A stretch of DNA of 64,000 nucleotides from Balanoglossus misakiensis (taxonomy: Eukaryota > Animalia > Hemichordata). The notes under the pieces are model-generated. The model saw nothing but the letters and a program-made list of their open reading frames with translations, was not told where the DNA came from and searched no databases. The position numbers and the translations under genes are program-made. How positions within the stretch are numbered: the first letter of the stretch is position 1; each line of letters begins with the position of its first letter. The stretch is taken from the NCBI GenBank assembly GCA_040954595.2, contig CM082583.2, forward strand, positions 2,242,925-2,306,924. Reading direction: 5' to 3'. Below are positions 25,728 through 38,759 of the stretch, one piece after another.

Positions 25728-27996
25728 CATATTCCGTTGTGATGCGTAGAACACACAGGCCTGAGCGAATAAGAAAGTTTTCCGGTAGACTCTGTAGATC
25801 GACGGTTTGTTCTAAAATATCCATGGGTGCTTCCAAACATCGTCGCGTTATTTGCATATTCCGTTGTGATGCGAGAACACACAGGCCTGAGCGAATAAGA
25901 AAGTCTTCCGGTAGACTCTGTAGATCGACGGTTTGTTCTCAAATATCCATGGATGCTTCCAAACACTGTCTCGTTATTTGCATATTCCGTTGTGATGCGT
26001 AGAACACACTTGCCTGGGCGAATAAGAAAGTTTTCCGGTAGACTCTGTAGATCGACGGTTTGTTCTCAAATATCCATGGATGCTTCCAAACACCGTCTCG
26101 TTATTTGCATATTCCGTTGTGATGCGTAGAACACACAGGCCTGAGCGAATAAGAAAGTTTTCCGGTAGACTCTGTAGATCGACGGTTTGTTCTCAAATAT
26201 CCATGGATGCTTCCAAACACTGTCTCGTTATTTGCATATTCCGTTGTGATGCGAGAACACACAGGCCTGAGCGAATAAGAAAGTTTTCCGGTAGACTCTG
26301 TAGATCGACTGTTTGTTCTCAAATATCCATGGATGCTTCCAAACACTGTCTCGTTATTTGCATATTCCGTTGTGATGCGTAGAACACACTTGCCTGGGCG
26401 AATAAGAAAGTTTTCCGGTAGACTCTGTAGATCGACGGTTTGTTCTCAAATATCCATGGATGCTTCCAAACGCCGTCTCGTTATTTGCATATTACGTTGT
26501 GATGCGTAGAACACACAGGCCTGAGCGAATAAGAAAGTTTTCCGGTAGACTCTGTAGATCGACGGTTTGTTCTAAAATATCCATGGGTGCTTCCAAACAT
26601 CGTCGCGTTATTTGCATATTCCGTTGTGATGCGAGAACACACAGGCCTGAGCGAATAAGAAAGTTTTCCGGTAGACTCTGTAGATCGACGGTTTGTTCTC
26701 AAATATCCATGGATGCTTCCAAACACTGTCTCGTTATTTGCATATTCCGTTGTGATGCGTAGAACACACTTGCCTGGGCGAATAAGAAAGTTTTCCGGTA
26801 GACTCTGTAGATCGACGGTTTGTTCTCAAATATCCATGGATGCTTCCAAACACCGTCTCGTTATTTGCATATTCCGTTGTGATGCGTAGAACACACAGGC
26901 CTGAGCGAATAAGAAAGTTTTCCGGTAGACTCTGTAGATCGACGGTTTGTTCTCAAATATCCATGGATGCTTCCAAACACTGTCTCGTTATTTGCATATT
27001 CCGTTGTGATGCGAGAACACACAGGCCTGAGCGAATAAGAAAGTTTTCCGGTAGACTCTGTAGATCGACTGTTTGTTCTCAAATATCCATGGATGCTTCC
27101 AAACACTGTCTCGTTATTTGCATATTCCGTTGTGATGCGTAGAACACACTTGCCTGGGCGAATAAGAAAGTTTTCCGGTAGATTCTGTAGATCGACGGTT
27201 TGTTCTCAAATATCCATGGATGCTTCCAAACGCCGTCTCGTTATTTGCATATTACGTTGTGATGCGTAGAACACACAGGCCTGAGCGAATAAGAAAGTTT
27301 TCCGGTAGACTCTGTAGATCGACGGTTTGTTCTCAAATATCCATGGATGCTTCCAAACGCCGTCTCGTTATTTGCATATTACGTTGTGATGCGTAGAACA
27401 CACAGGCCTGAGCGAATAAGAAAGTTTTCCGGTAGACTCTGTAGATCGACGGTTTGTTCTCAAATATCCATGGATGCTTCCAAACACTGTCTCGTTATTT
27501 GCATATTACGTTGTGATGCGTAGAACACACAGGCCTGAGCGAATAAGAAAGTTTTCCAGTAGACTCTGTAGATCGACTGTTTGTTCTCAAATATCCATGG
27601 ATGCTTCCAAACACTGTCTCGTTATATGCATATTACGTTGTGATGCGAGAACACACTTGCCTGGGCGAATAAGAAAGTTTTCCGGTAGACTCTGTAGATC
27701 GACTGTTTGTTCTCAAATATCCATGGATGCTTCCAAACACTGTCTCGTTATTTGCATATTACGTTGTGATGCGAGAACACACAGGCCTGAGCGAATAAGA
27801 AAGTTTTCCGGTAGACTCTGTAGATCGACTGTTTGTTCTCAAATATCCATGGATGCTTCCAAACACTGTCTCGTTATTTGCATATTCCGTTGTGATGCGA
27901 GAACACACAGGCCTGAGCGAATAAGAAAGTTTTCCAGTAGACTCTGTAGATCGACTGTTTGTTCTCAAATATCCATGGATGCTTCCAAACACTGTC
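25728..27996. repeat. 126/127-bp satellite, left block (~18 monomers)
   Basis: Unit CCGTTGTGATGCG(T)AGAACACACAGGCCTGAGCGAATAAGAAAGTTTTCCGGTAGACTCTGTAGATCGACTGTTTGTTCTCAAATATCCATGGATGCTTCCAAACACTGTCTCGTTATTTGCATATT. Variants recur at 380-bp and 760-bp periods. Confidence 0.98.
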
Positions 27997-28030
27997 AGTA
28001 GTATAGGTTGGAGCCGTAGCACTCTCATTT

Positions 28031-28546
28031 GGGGAGGAGGAGCTGAGGAGGAGCTGAGGAGGAGCTGAGGAGGAGCTGAGGAGGAGGAGCTGAGGAGGAG
28101 GCGGAGGAGCTGAGGAGGAGGAGCTGAGGAGGAGGCGGAGGAGCTGAGGAGGAGCTGAAGAGGAGGAGCTGAGGAGGAGGAGCTGAGGAGGAGGAGCTGA
28201 GGAGGAGGAGCTGAGGAGGAGGAGCTGAGGAGGAGGAGCTGAGGAGGAGGAGGCGGAGGAGCTGAGGAGGAGGAGGAGGAGGAGGAGGAGGAGGAAGAGG
28301 AGGAGGAGCTGAGGAGGAGGAGGAGGAGGAGGAGGAGGAGGAGGAGGAGGAGCTGAGGAGGAGGAGGAGCTGAGGAGGAGGAGGAGCTGAGGAGGAGCTG
28401 AGGAGGAGGAGGAGCTGAGGAGGAGGAGGAGGAGGAGGAGGAGCTGAGGAGGAGGAGGAGCTGAGGAGGAGGAGCTGAGGAGGAGGAGCTGAGGAGGAGG
28501 AGGAGCTGAGGAGGAGGAGGAGCTGAGGAGGAGGAGGAGGAGGAGG
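28031..28546 (+). repeat. Subterminal (GAG)n/GAGCT low-complexity tract
   Basis: Purine-rich tract. The mirror copy at ~40779-41013 is 281 bp shorter. Confidence 0.95.
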
Positions 28547-28913
28547 CAGACATGGTCCCCTAAGTTGGTGGAAAATTGAGATATGGTTAAGTATATATGG
28601 AACGTGCTTTGATTGGTGGACTTTCTGCAAAGCATGATGTTGGGAGGAGGAGGAGGAGGAGGAGGAGCTGAGGAGGAAGAGGAGGAAGTGGAGGTGATGT
28701 TGGGAGGAGGCAGAGGAGGCAGTGGAGGTGATGTTGGGAGGAGGTGATGAGAGGCGAAGAAGGCCTATCACCCATCACCAAGTTCGATTGTGACCCGAGT
28801 AGCGACCCGAGTAGCTGCCGCTGACGTCATCCCATTCTAGTTCGCATGCGCATAAGCGTAACCCGGGAGATTTCAAACGAACGATACTAGCGTAGCAACC
28901 CATGTAAACAAAT

Positions 28914-30565
28914 ATGGCGACTGAGTTCGAAGATTTCTTGTTTTTGCGTACTTTTTTTGAGGATTTTGATGAATCTTTAGATTCTGCGGCAGTTTGGCAA
29001 CTCCGAATAAATACTGCCATCATTGCCTCTCTGAGCTGTTTATTTTTGCGCCGAAAATACATCCCGAAGATACAAAATTTTGCCGAAGATATCGTACCTC
29101 AGTATTCTTTGCAGGATTTTTGCATCCATTTCCGTATTTGCAAAGATATCTTCACGTTTGTTCTGGGTCGCATCGCCCACAAACTGGCAATAGAACAATG
29201 CGGTGGCCGCCCTCAAGTGCCTCCAGAAAAACAATTATTGGTATGGATTTGGTACATGGTAAACCAGGAATCCATCAGAGAAGTTGGTCACATTTTCAAT
29301 CTCTCCAAATCCACAGTCCATTCAACAGTAAAGCGTGTCACAAAAGCTATCATTGCTGTGATGAAAGATGTAAGTACATTGTAAAGTACATTTTCTAGAT
29401 TATCTTCATGGATTATTTTTGAATACAAATGTATTTTAACATTTCAATAATATACAGTTGGTAATGCATAATTTCAAGCTCTGTTTAATTATTGCTATCA
29501 AAGAACATATTAAAGGGGACAGTTAAAAATTATCCTTTAGCATTTTCTTTTAGTATTATGGTTCTCTGTGTCAACATTTTTTTTTCTACTGCACTCTGTA
29601 TAGCAAGCTGAAATGTCCAATATTATGTTTGTCATAATTGCAGGTATGTGTAAAAATTAATGTTGAAAAATGACTTATCAATATTTGTAGGTTATCAGGT
29701 GGCCAACACAAGAGCGACAGAGGGAGATTTCACAGAGTTTTCAGCTTGATTGTGGTTTACCAGGTATAGTGGGCATTATTGATGGCACTCACATTAGACT
29801 GGCTGGTTGTATTGGTGGAGCTCAAGACTATATAAATAGGAAAGGTTATCCATTCATGCAACTTCAGGTAAGAAAATTCATTTTTTAATTTTATAGAGAA
29901 AAATTTATATCTTCCATCATGACATGTGTCATTCTTGAATTTAAAAATAAAACCTGTTGAAATGTTGGTTAGTCTCTGCCATTGAGAATTTTATCAAGTT
30001 ACATAAATGTAGGAGATTCTTGACAAAAAGTGTCCTTTTTTTCAGGTCATTGTTGATGATAATCTATTAATCACCAATGCATACACTGGATGGCCTGGTT
30101 GTACACACGATGCCCGTGTCCTTCGAAATTCTTCCCTGTACACAAGACTGGAGACTAATGAAGTAACTATGGGTCCTGGGAGATACATCATTGGTGATTC
30201 TGCATACCCTTTGAGAGAATGGCTTATTACTCCCTTCAGAGACAATGGATTTTTAACCATTCAGCAGCGCAGGTTCAATCGCGTCTTTTCATCCTGCCGT
30301 CAAAATGTTGAACGATCAATTGGGCATTTAAAGGGTCGTGTTAGGAGGCTCAGAGAATTGCCTATGCATAGTCCTGAAGATGTGTGAGACTATAATTTCT
30401 GGCTGTATTCTTCACAATCTATGTATTATCCATCATGATGATGTGGAAAACTATATTGATTTAGATCCACAGCATATTGATGATCCAAACCAATATCCAA
30501 ATGTTCATGTGAATGCACCTGGGGGTATTGCCAGAAGACAGCAACTCATGAATCATTTACATTAA
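28914..30565 (+). pseudogene. PIF/Harbinger (HARBI1-like) DDE transposase, 3 exons (28914-29369, 29691-29867, 30046-30565), late frameshift
   Basis: Phase-0 GT-AG introns. Motifs GIIDGTHI, NRKGY, GWPGCTHDARV, IGDSAYPL, VERSIGHLKGR. A frameshift at ~30380-30387 (GATGTGTGAGAC) separates the C-terminal GCILHNLC. Confidence 0.92.
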
Positions 30566-31420
30566 GAGTGTCAACATCATTAGGTATCTTAATGGATTGC
30601 CTTTCACACATGAAAATGAAACCTTTTTCTTGATTTAGTTATAAAAATAAGTTATGCACTGGGATAAATGTTTTTTTTATCATCTTGTTATGCACATTGT
30701 GTATTTGAAGTGTTAAGTGTGACTCTGGACATGAAATATTTATTGATTAAAATATATATGGTTAAGTCGACACTGAAGGATTCAAAGCCTGACTTTCTAT
30801 TGCTGGTAACATTTTAAATGTACAATCTTACCTGGATAAAAAAAAAAACACACTTTATGTTTGTATATGATATAACAATTTATTGTAAAGGTTCAAATGT
30901 TTTTTAAAGATAAAGAATTCACTTTTATCCATCAATAATAATAATAGAATAAATATTATAGACAATAAATACATTCATAAGTTATGCAATAATTACTTAA
31001 TAAATAAAGAGTATCAATATATTAACTATAAACATTGGTAATGACTTTTGAATTTTTACATTTGTTTTTAAAGTTCAACGTCTTCATACATATAATACAT
31101 ACATACCATACATACATAAATGCCAACAGCAATGCTAATAAATTATTTGAGATTTTCAAAATATTTTTTAAGGTTATCATGTGTACATGGAATAATTCTG
31201 ATTAAAAATTGAGTTTGTCAAATAAAAAAAAAAAAATCATCACGAACATGTAGTATGAACATATAACACTCCAATAAAATTTTAACAATTGTCCAGAAAT
31301 TCAGATACTTCTACAACTATAACAGTATCAATGAAAACGTTTAGTAACAATAAACTTTATGAAATATTTCATTTAGATAAAACATTTTTGAATTTTGTCA
31401 AATTTATTATACGGTAATCT

Positions 31421-32288
31421 TTAGTTCTTATTGACAGACTGCTCGTATAAATCCAACATTCTATCCATTCTTCTCATTTTCTCTGTATGTTGTTTTTCCA
31501 TCATCCCAAACAAATCATCATTTTTCTTTTCCATTTGTGTAATTGCAGCCATCAATTTATCTTGTGGGGATACTCTGTCGGATATTTTGTTTCTTTTTCT
31601 GTGTGTACGTGGTGTTGCATGTGTGTCAGATGTGCTTGGTGTTGCATGTGTGTCAGATGTGCTTGGTGTTGCATGTGTGTCAGATGTGCTTGGTGTTATC
31701 TCTGTAGGTTCTGTAGTCGTCATTTCTGTTGTTGTTTCTGTCACTGTGTCTGTGTTATTTTTACTTTTGTCGGTCGTCAAATCAAGCGAATCCATCGTAC
31801 ATGTGGGCTGTGTCGATTCCTTCATCCCATATAAATTATCAAACTCATTGAAATGTCGACACGTTTTCCTTTCTGCTCCAGTTTTCTTTCGGTTATCAAT
31901 CACTTCCATATAATTTTTTTAAAATTTTTCCATTTATCCCTTGCCTGTGTGACAGACACAGAAACCCCCGCCTCTCCCATTTTAGACACAATGGACTGCC
32001 ACAACTTCTCATGTCTAACACTAGTTTTAAATAAATCTTCCATGTCAGACCTCAACACTACAAGTAAATTTTCTTCTCTATCATTCCAAATGTGAATTCT
32101 AGCTACGTTTTCTGTGCTGTGTGATGTTGTTCCTGCTTTACTTGGTTCATGTGGTTGCTGAGTGTTTGTGTTCTTTTCACCTTGTCCTTGACTGCTTTGG
32201 TTCTGGTCGAGGTCTTGTACCTTTTCCTTTTGTTTTCCGTTGTGTGCTGCAATAGCTTGTGAAATGATAGCTTGTTTGATGTTAGAGT
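31421..32288 (-). pseudogene. Harbinger accessory Myb/SANT (trihelix) DNA-binding protein, last exon, frameshifted
   Basis: Mirror copy of 37037-37904, convergent with the transposase. Confidence 0.85.
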
Positions 32289-32536
32289 CTGTTAAATATA
32301 AGAATGGGTATAGTCAAGACAAGTTTATTTCTATTTGCTCACCAAAACATGATTCTATCAGATTAATTACTGTTGAACTTGAATCCTTAGTACATAAAAC
32401 CAAAAATGAAATTATTTAATTATAGTTCAGCTTTGTAGAGATATTTAGACATTTTACCACTTTTAGATGACCAACACAGAAAATATTTGTTTATAAACAT
32501 AAGTGACGTGAGCGGACAATGCCTTAGACACACAGT

Positions 32537-32573
32537 CCCTAACCCTAACCCTAACCCCTAACCCTAACCCTAA
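32537..32573 (-). repeat. Short telomere-like (CCCTAA)n tract followed by a G15 run
   Basis: About 6 CCCTAA units; mirrored as (TTAGGG)n at 36752-36788. Confidence 0.85.
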
Positions 32574-33069
32574 GCCTAAAAGTGCATATAAATTGACGTA
32601 GGGGGGGGGGGGGGGGTAAATTAGTCTTGTAAAATACTGTCTCTCTGAATGTATACCTAGAACAACAGGGAAGTATTTGGTATCAAAAGAAAGCTTAATA
32701 AACAAGCTTTCCATTAATTACAAAATTAAAGTGATATGACAAATCATGACATCATAGTGACGTCATAAGTCAAAATACCCTTACGAAAATGGTGTTCTGT
32801 TCACCTATAATTTGTATAAATGTGAGGTTTTGCAAAACACGTCTCTGAGCAATTGTACTGATGAAAACTGTGATGTGTTTGGTATCAACAGAAAGCTGAT
32901 TGAGTAAAGTATCTAATTATTGCAAAATATTGATATAATAATCAATTACGTCATCATTACGTCATACTTCCAAGTACCCTTACCAATTAGTGACTATGAT
33001 GACAAGTTATTACCTAGGAGATAGGTGCCTTTAAAAAAAAAAAAAAATTGGTAAGGAAGGTTTGTGAAG

Positions 33070-34700
33070 TCCATTCTATGTAAAAAATAGTGCTGATTCC
33101 AAAAAAGGCAGTCTTATTGACCCCACCCAAGACAAAATTGCCATTTTGGCACTTTTTAACCCAAAAATGTCATTTTTAGAAAACACTAAAAACACACTGT
33201 TTTCGTCACATTCGAAGATCTGATGACATATGATATGCCTATTCTATGTAAAATTTGGTTGATATTACGAAAAAGGCAGTCTAACTGACCCCACCTAAGA
33301 CAAAATTGCCGTTTTGGCACTTTTTAACCCAAAAAACACACTGTTTTCGTCACATTCGAAGATCTGATGACATATGATATGCCTATTCTATGTAAAATTT
33401 GGTTGATATTACGAAAAAAGCAGTCTGACTGACCCCAAACGAGACAAAATTGCCTTTTTGACCATTTTTTGCCCAAAAACGTCATTTTTAGACAAAACTG
33501 AAAACACACTCTTCTCTTCATATTGATTGATTTGATGATATATGGAAAGTCAATTCTATGTGTAAAATGGTGACTATAAAACATAAAGCAATCTTTTTGA
33601 CCCCAATCAATACAAAAATGCCATTTTTGGCCATATTTTTGAGGTCAAAAAAGGTCATTTTTACAAAAAAACTAAAAACAAACTGTTTTCTTCATATTCA
33701 GAGATCATGTGATATATGAAAAGTTTATGCTATGTAAAATAGTTCTGATTCCAGAAATAGCAGCCTTATTAACCCCCACTCAAGGCAAATGTGCCATTTT
33801 TGCCACTTTTTGCCCCAAAAATGTCATTTTTAGAAAACACTCAAAACTTATATATTTTCTTCACTTTCGGAGATCTGATAATGTATTGTATACCCACCTT
33901 GTGTAAAATTTGGTAGGTATTCAAAAAAGTAGGTTTATTGGCGCCACTCAAGATTAAAGTGCGTTTTTTGGCAAGTTTTTGCCCAAAAAGGCCATTTTAA
34001 GAAATAAGCAAACGTTTTTCTTTGTATTTGGAAATTTGATCATGTATGAAAAGTCCATTTATTGAAAAATTGCTGTTGACTCTAGAAAAAGCAATCTTAT
34101 TGATCTCAATGAAGATGAAAATACTTTTTGCCCAAAAAGGGTCATTTTTAGAAAATACTAAAAACAAGCTATTTGTTTCCCTTTGGTGATCTAATAATAA
34201 ATAAAAGTCCATTCTATCTTAAAATTAGCGATTTTTCCAAAAAAGCACTCTTACTGACTCCACAGAGGGAAAAAATGCCATTTTGGCCACTTTGCTCAAA
34301 AAAGGTAACTGTTTGAAAACTTCTTTCTTTATTTTCAGATCTTATGATGTACGGAGAAGGTCCATTTTTGTTGAATGGGAGCCGATTCCAAAAAAAAAAA
34401 AAAAAAAAATCTTTTCAGCCCTTCAAAATTGTCATTTTGGCCATTTTTGGTCAAAAAGGTCATTTCAAGAAAAAATGAAAAACAAGCTGTTTTCTTCGTA
34501 TTTAAATGTTTGATTATGAATGGAAAGTCCATTTTTTGCAAAAAAATATGCTGATACCAACGCAACAGTCTTATTAAGACCCCACTCAATACAAAATTGC
34601 CACTAAGCCATCTTCTAGTCAACAATTGTCTTTTTCAGAAAACAAAATAATTGGTGTTTTTTTTGCCTTTTGAGTTTTGATGTTATATTTGCATATTTAA
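33070..34700 (+). repeat. Diverging ~144-167-bp tandem subrepeat array (foldback-like)
   Basis: Recurring AAAGTCCATTCTATGTAAAA...GCAGTCTTATTGACCCCAC...AAAATTGCCATTTTGGC units that decay toward the centre. Confidence 0.8.
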
Positions 34701-35339
34701 AATGTCATACCATATGATATCAGTTGAATTGATGATATTGAAAGGCAGAGTTGCCACAATTTGGCACATTTAGCCCAAAATGGAACTCAACAATAAAACG
34801 AGACGATCCATGTATTCACACTGTATACTATAAGTCGGTTATACATGGTATAATTGTTTTAAGTACATCTATACCAGCTCCGGATAGATTGTTAACATTT
34901 ATCCTCTTCGTTCTGAATACAAAATCAGAAATTATATTATATCATGATACCTCCGTCATTTTGATTGGACAGGGGTGCAATCCCACGATGCTAAATACTC
35001 AATAGAGCTAAAACTGGCCCCTGAACTAGCACACAACGGGAAAATGTGGGTTTAAACCTAATAAATATAATAAAAACTCTTAAATTCCTTGACGTTTCAA
35101 TTTGGAGATGCTCTAAGTGAATATTTGGGACTTTGCCATGTGCAGTGCCTGTCTTTTTGTCGCCTGTATCATGTTTAATGCTTGGTCCTGGGCGACGTGT
35201 TTAGATTCATCGATGCGACTTTGGTTCAATTCGTATAACTTCTTTTACTGTCGTCGCTGTGTCATCATCATTATGAGTTCAATTTGGGCTATCTCCAAAT
35301 GCAAACATTTTTTTCTCTAGAAAATGTTTAAAATGATAA

Positions 35340-36260
35340 ATTTGTCTTAAATAGGTCTTTTTAGGCAATAAATTGCCAAAAACGCAATCTTGACTAGAAT
35401 GGGGTCAATCAGATTTTTTATACACAGAATGGACTTTTCATACATAATCAGATCTCTGAATATGAAGAAAACAGTTTGTTTTTAGTTTTTTTGTAAAAAA
35501 TGACCTTATTTGACCTCAAAAATGTGGCCAAAAATGGCATTTTTGTATTGATTGGGGTCAAAAAGACTGCTTTATGTTTTATAGTCACCAACTTACACAT
35601 AGAATTGACTTTCCATATATCATCAAATCAATCAATATGAAGAGAAGAGTGTGTTTTCAGTTTTGTCTAAAAATGACGTTTTTGGGCAAAAAATGGTCAA
35701 AAAGGCAATTTTGTCTCGTTTGGGGTCAGTCAGACTGCTTTTTTCGTAATATCAACCAAATTTTACATAGAATAGGCATATCATATGTCATCAGATCTTC
35801 GAATGTGACGAAAACAGTGTGTTTTTTGGGTTAAAAAGTGCCAAAACGGCAATTTTGTCTTAGGTGGGGTCAGTTAGACTGCCTTTTTCGTAATATCAAC
35901 CAAATTTTACATAGAATAGGCATATCATATGTCATCAGATCTTCGAATGTGACGAAAACAGTGTGTTTTTAGTGTTTTCTAAAAATGACATTTTTGGGTT
36001 AAAAAGTGCCAAAATGGCAATTTTGTCTTGGGTGGGGTCAGTTAGACTGCCTTTTTCGTAATATCAACCAAATTTTACATAGAATAGGCATATCATATGT
36101 CATCAGATCTTCGAATGTGACGAAAACAGTGTGTTTTTAGTGTTTTCTAAAAATGACATTTTTGGGTTAAAAAGTGCCAAAATGGCAATTTTGTCTTGGG
36201 TGGGGTCAATAAGACTGCCTTTTTTGGAATCAGCACCATTTTTTACATAGAATGGACTTC
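35340..36260 (-). repeat. Inverted copy of the ~167-bp subrepeat array
   Basis: Same units in reverse orientation. One extra 167-bp unit relative to the left arm (mirror sum shifts from 69325 to 69158). Confidence 0.8.
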
Positions 36261-36751
36261 ACAAACCTTCCTTACCAATTTTTTTTTTTTTTTAAAGGCA
36301 CCTATCTCCTAGGGTAATAACTTGTCATCATAGTCACTAATTGGTAAGGGTACTTGGAAGTATGACGTAATGATGACGTAATTGATTATTATATCAATAT
36401 TTTGCAATAATTAGATACTTTACTCAATCAGCTTTCTGTTGATACCAAACACATCACAGTTTTCATCAGTACAATTGCTCAGAGACGTGTTTTGCAAAAC
36501 CTCACATTTATACAAATTATAGGTGAACAGAACACCATTTTCGTAAGGGTATTTTGACTTATGACGTCACTATGATGTCATGATTTGTCATATCACTTTA
36601 ATTTTGTAATTAATGGAAAGCTTGTTTATTAAGCTTTCTTTTGATACCAAATACTTCCCTGTTGTTCTAGGTATACATTCAGAGAGACAGTATTTTACAA
36701 GACTAATTTACCCCCCCCCCCCCCTACGTCAATTTATATGCACTTTTAGGC

Positions 36752-36788
36752 TTAGGGTTAGGGTTAGGGGTTAGGGTTAGGGTTAGGG
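36752..36788 (+). repeat. Short telomere-like (TTAGGG)n tract
   Basis: TTAGGGTTAGGGTTAGGGGTTAGGGTTAGGGTTAGGG. Confidence 0.85.
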
Positions 36789-37036
36789 ACTGTGTGTCTA
36801 AGGCATTGTCCGCTCACGTCACTTATGTTTATAAACAAATATTTTCTGTGTTGGTCATCTAAAAGTGGTAAAATGTCTAAATATCTCTACAAAGCTGAAC
36901 TATAATTAAATAATTTCATTTTTGGTTTTATGTACTAAGGATTCAAGTTCAACAGTAATTAATCTGATAGAATCATGTTTTGGTGAGCAAATAGAAATAA
37001 ACTTGTCTTGACTATACCCATTCTTATATTTAACAG

Positions 37037-37904
37037 ACTCTAACATCAAACAAGCTATCATTTCACAAGCTATTGCAGCACACAACGGAAAACAAAAGGA
37101 AAAGGTACAAGACCTCGACCAGAACCAAAGCAGTCAAGGACAAGGTGAAAAGAACACAAACACTCAGCAACCACATGAACCAAGTAAAGCAGGAACAACA
37201 TCACACAGCACAGAAAACGTAGCTAGAATTCACATTTGGAATGATAGAGAAGAAAATTTACTTGTAGTGTTGAGGTCTGACATGGAAGATTTATTTAAAA
37301 CTAGTGTTAGACATGAGAAGTTGTGGCAGTCCATTGTGTCTAAAATGGGAGAGGCGGGGGTTTCTGTGTCTGTCACACAGGCAAGGGATAAATGGAAAAA
37401 TTTTAAAAAAATTATATGGAAGTGATTGATAACCGAAAGAAAACTGGAGCAGAAAGGAAAACGTGTCGACATTTCAATGAGTTTGATAATTTATATGGGA
37501 TGAAGGAATCGACACAGCCCACATGTACGATGGATTCGCTTGATTTGACGACCGACAAAAGTAAAAATAACACAGACACAGTGACAGAAACAACAACAGA
37601 AATGACGACTACAGAACCTACAGAGATAACACCAAGCACATCTGACACACATGCAACACCAAGCACATCTGACACACATGCAACACCAAGCACATCTGAC
37701 ACACATGCAACACCACGTACACACAGAAAAAGAAACAAAATATCCGACAGAGTATCCCCACAAGATAAATTGATGGCTGCAATTACACAAATGGAAAAGA
37801 AAAATGATGATTTGTTTGGGATGATGGAAAAACAACATACAGAGAAAATGAGAAGAATGGATAGAATGTTGGATTTATACGAGCAGTCTGTCAATAAGAA
37901 CTAA
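37037..37904 (+). pseudogene. Harbinger accessory Myb/SANT (trihelix) protein, last exon, 1-bp frameshift; 5' exon not found
   Basis: Acceptor ttaacag at 37036. Reads HIWNDREENLLVVLR...RHEKLWQSIVSKM...QARDKWKN, then shifts frame in the T4A7 run (~37401-37411) to YMEVIDNRKKTGAERKTCRHFNEFDNLYG. Contains 3x TPSTSDTHA and a C-terminal coiled coil. Confidence 0.85.
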
Positions 37905-38759
37905 AGATTACCGTATAATAAATTTGACAAAATTCAAAAATGTTTTATCTAAATGAAATATTTCATAAAGTTTATTGTTACTAAACGTTTTCATTGATAC
38001 TGTTATAGTTGTAGAAGTATCTGAATTTCTGGACAATTGTTAAAATTTTATTGGAGTGTTATATGTTCATACTACATGTTCGTGATGATTTTTTTTTTTT
38101 TATTTGACAAACTCAATTTTTAATCAGAATTATTCCATGTACACATGATAACCTTAAAAAATATTTTGAAAATCTCAAATAATTTATTAGCATTGCTGTT
38201 GGCATTTATGTATGTATGGTATGTATGTATTATATGTATGAAGACGTTGAACTTTAAAAACAAATGTAAAAATTCAAAAGTCATTACCAATGTTTATAGT
38301 TAATATATTGATACTCTTTATTTATTAAGTAATTATTGCATAACTTATGAATGTATTTATTGTCTATAATATTTATTCTATTATTATTATTGATGGATAA
38401 AAGTGAATTCTTTATCTTTAAAAAACATTTGAACCTTTACAATAAATTGTTATATCATATACAAACATAAAGTGTGTTTTTTTTTTTATCCAGGTAAGAT
38501 TGTACATTTAAAATGTTACCAGCAATAGAAAGTCAGGCTTTGAATCCTTCAGTGTCGACTTAACCATATATATTTTAATCAATAAATATTTCATGTCCAG
38601 AGTCACACTTAACACTTCAAATACACAATGTGCATAACAAGATGATAAAAAAAACATTTATCCCAGTGCATAACTTATTTTTATAACTAAATCAAGAAAA
38701 AGGTTTCATTTTCATGTGTGAAAGGCAATCCATTAAGATACCTAATGATGTTGACACTC

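Larger units (their letters stand above)
27997..33706 (+). repeat. Left giant inverted-repeat arm (~5.7 kb)
   Basis: Reverse complement of 35451-41047. Mirrored ORFs have identical translations (coordinate sum 69325). Confidence 0.97.

Noticed and set aside
27759-28781. Ser/Pro/Leu-rich ORFs (and mirrors at 40544-41107)
   Set aside because: Translations of the GAG/CTC low-complexity tract, whose length differs between the arms.
32537-36788. Chromosome-end or telomere-fusion site
   Set aside because: Only ~6 units each, oriented CCCTAA...TTAGGG and embedded in element arms; not a head-to-head fusion.
37396-37412. Programmed -1 frameshift at A AAT TTT in the Myb gene
   Set aside because: Slippage there meets TAA immediately. 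A 1-bp homopolymer deletion is the simpler explanation.
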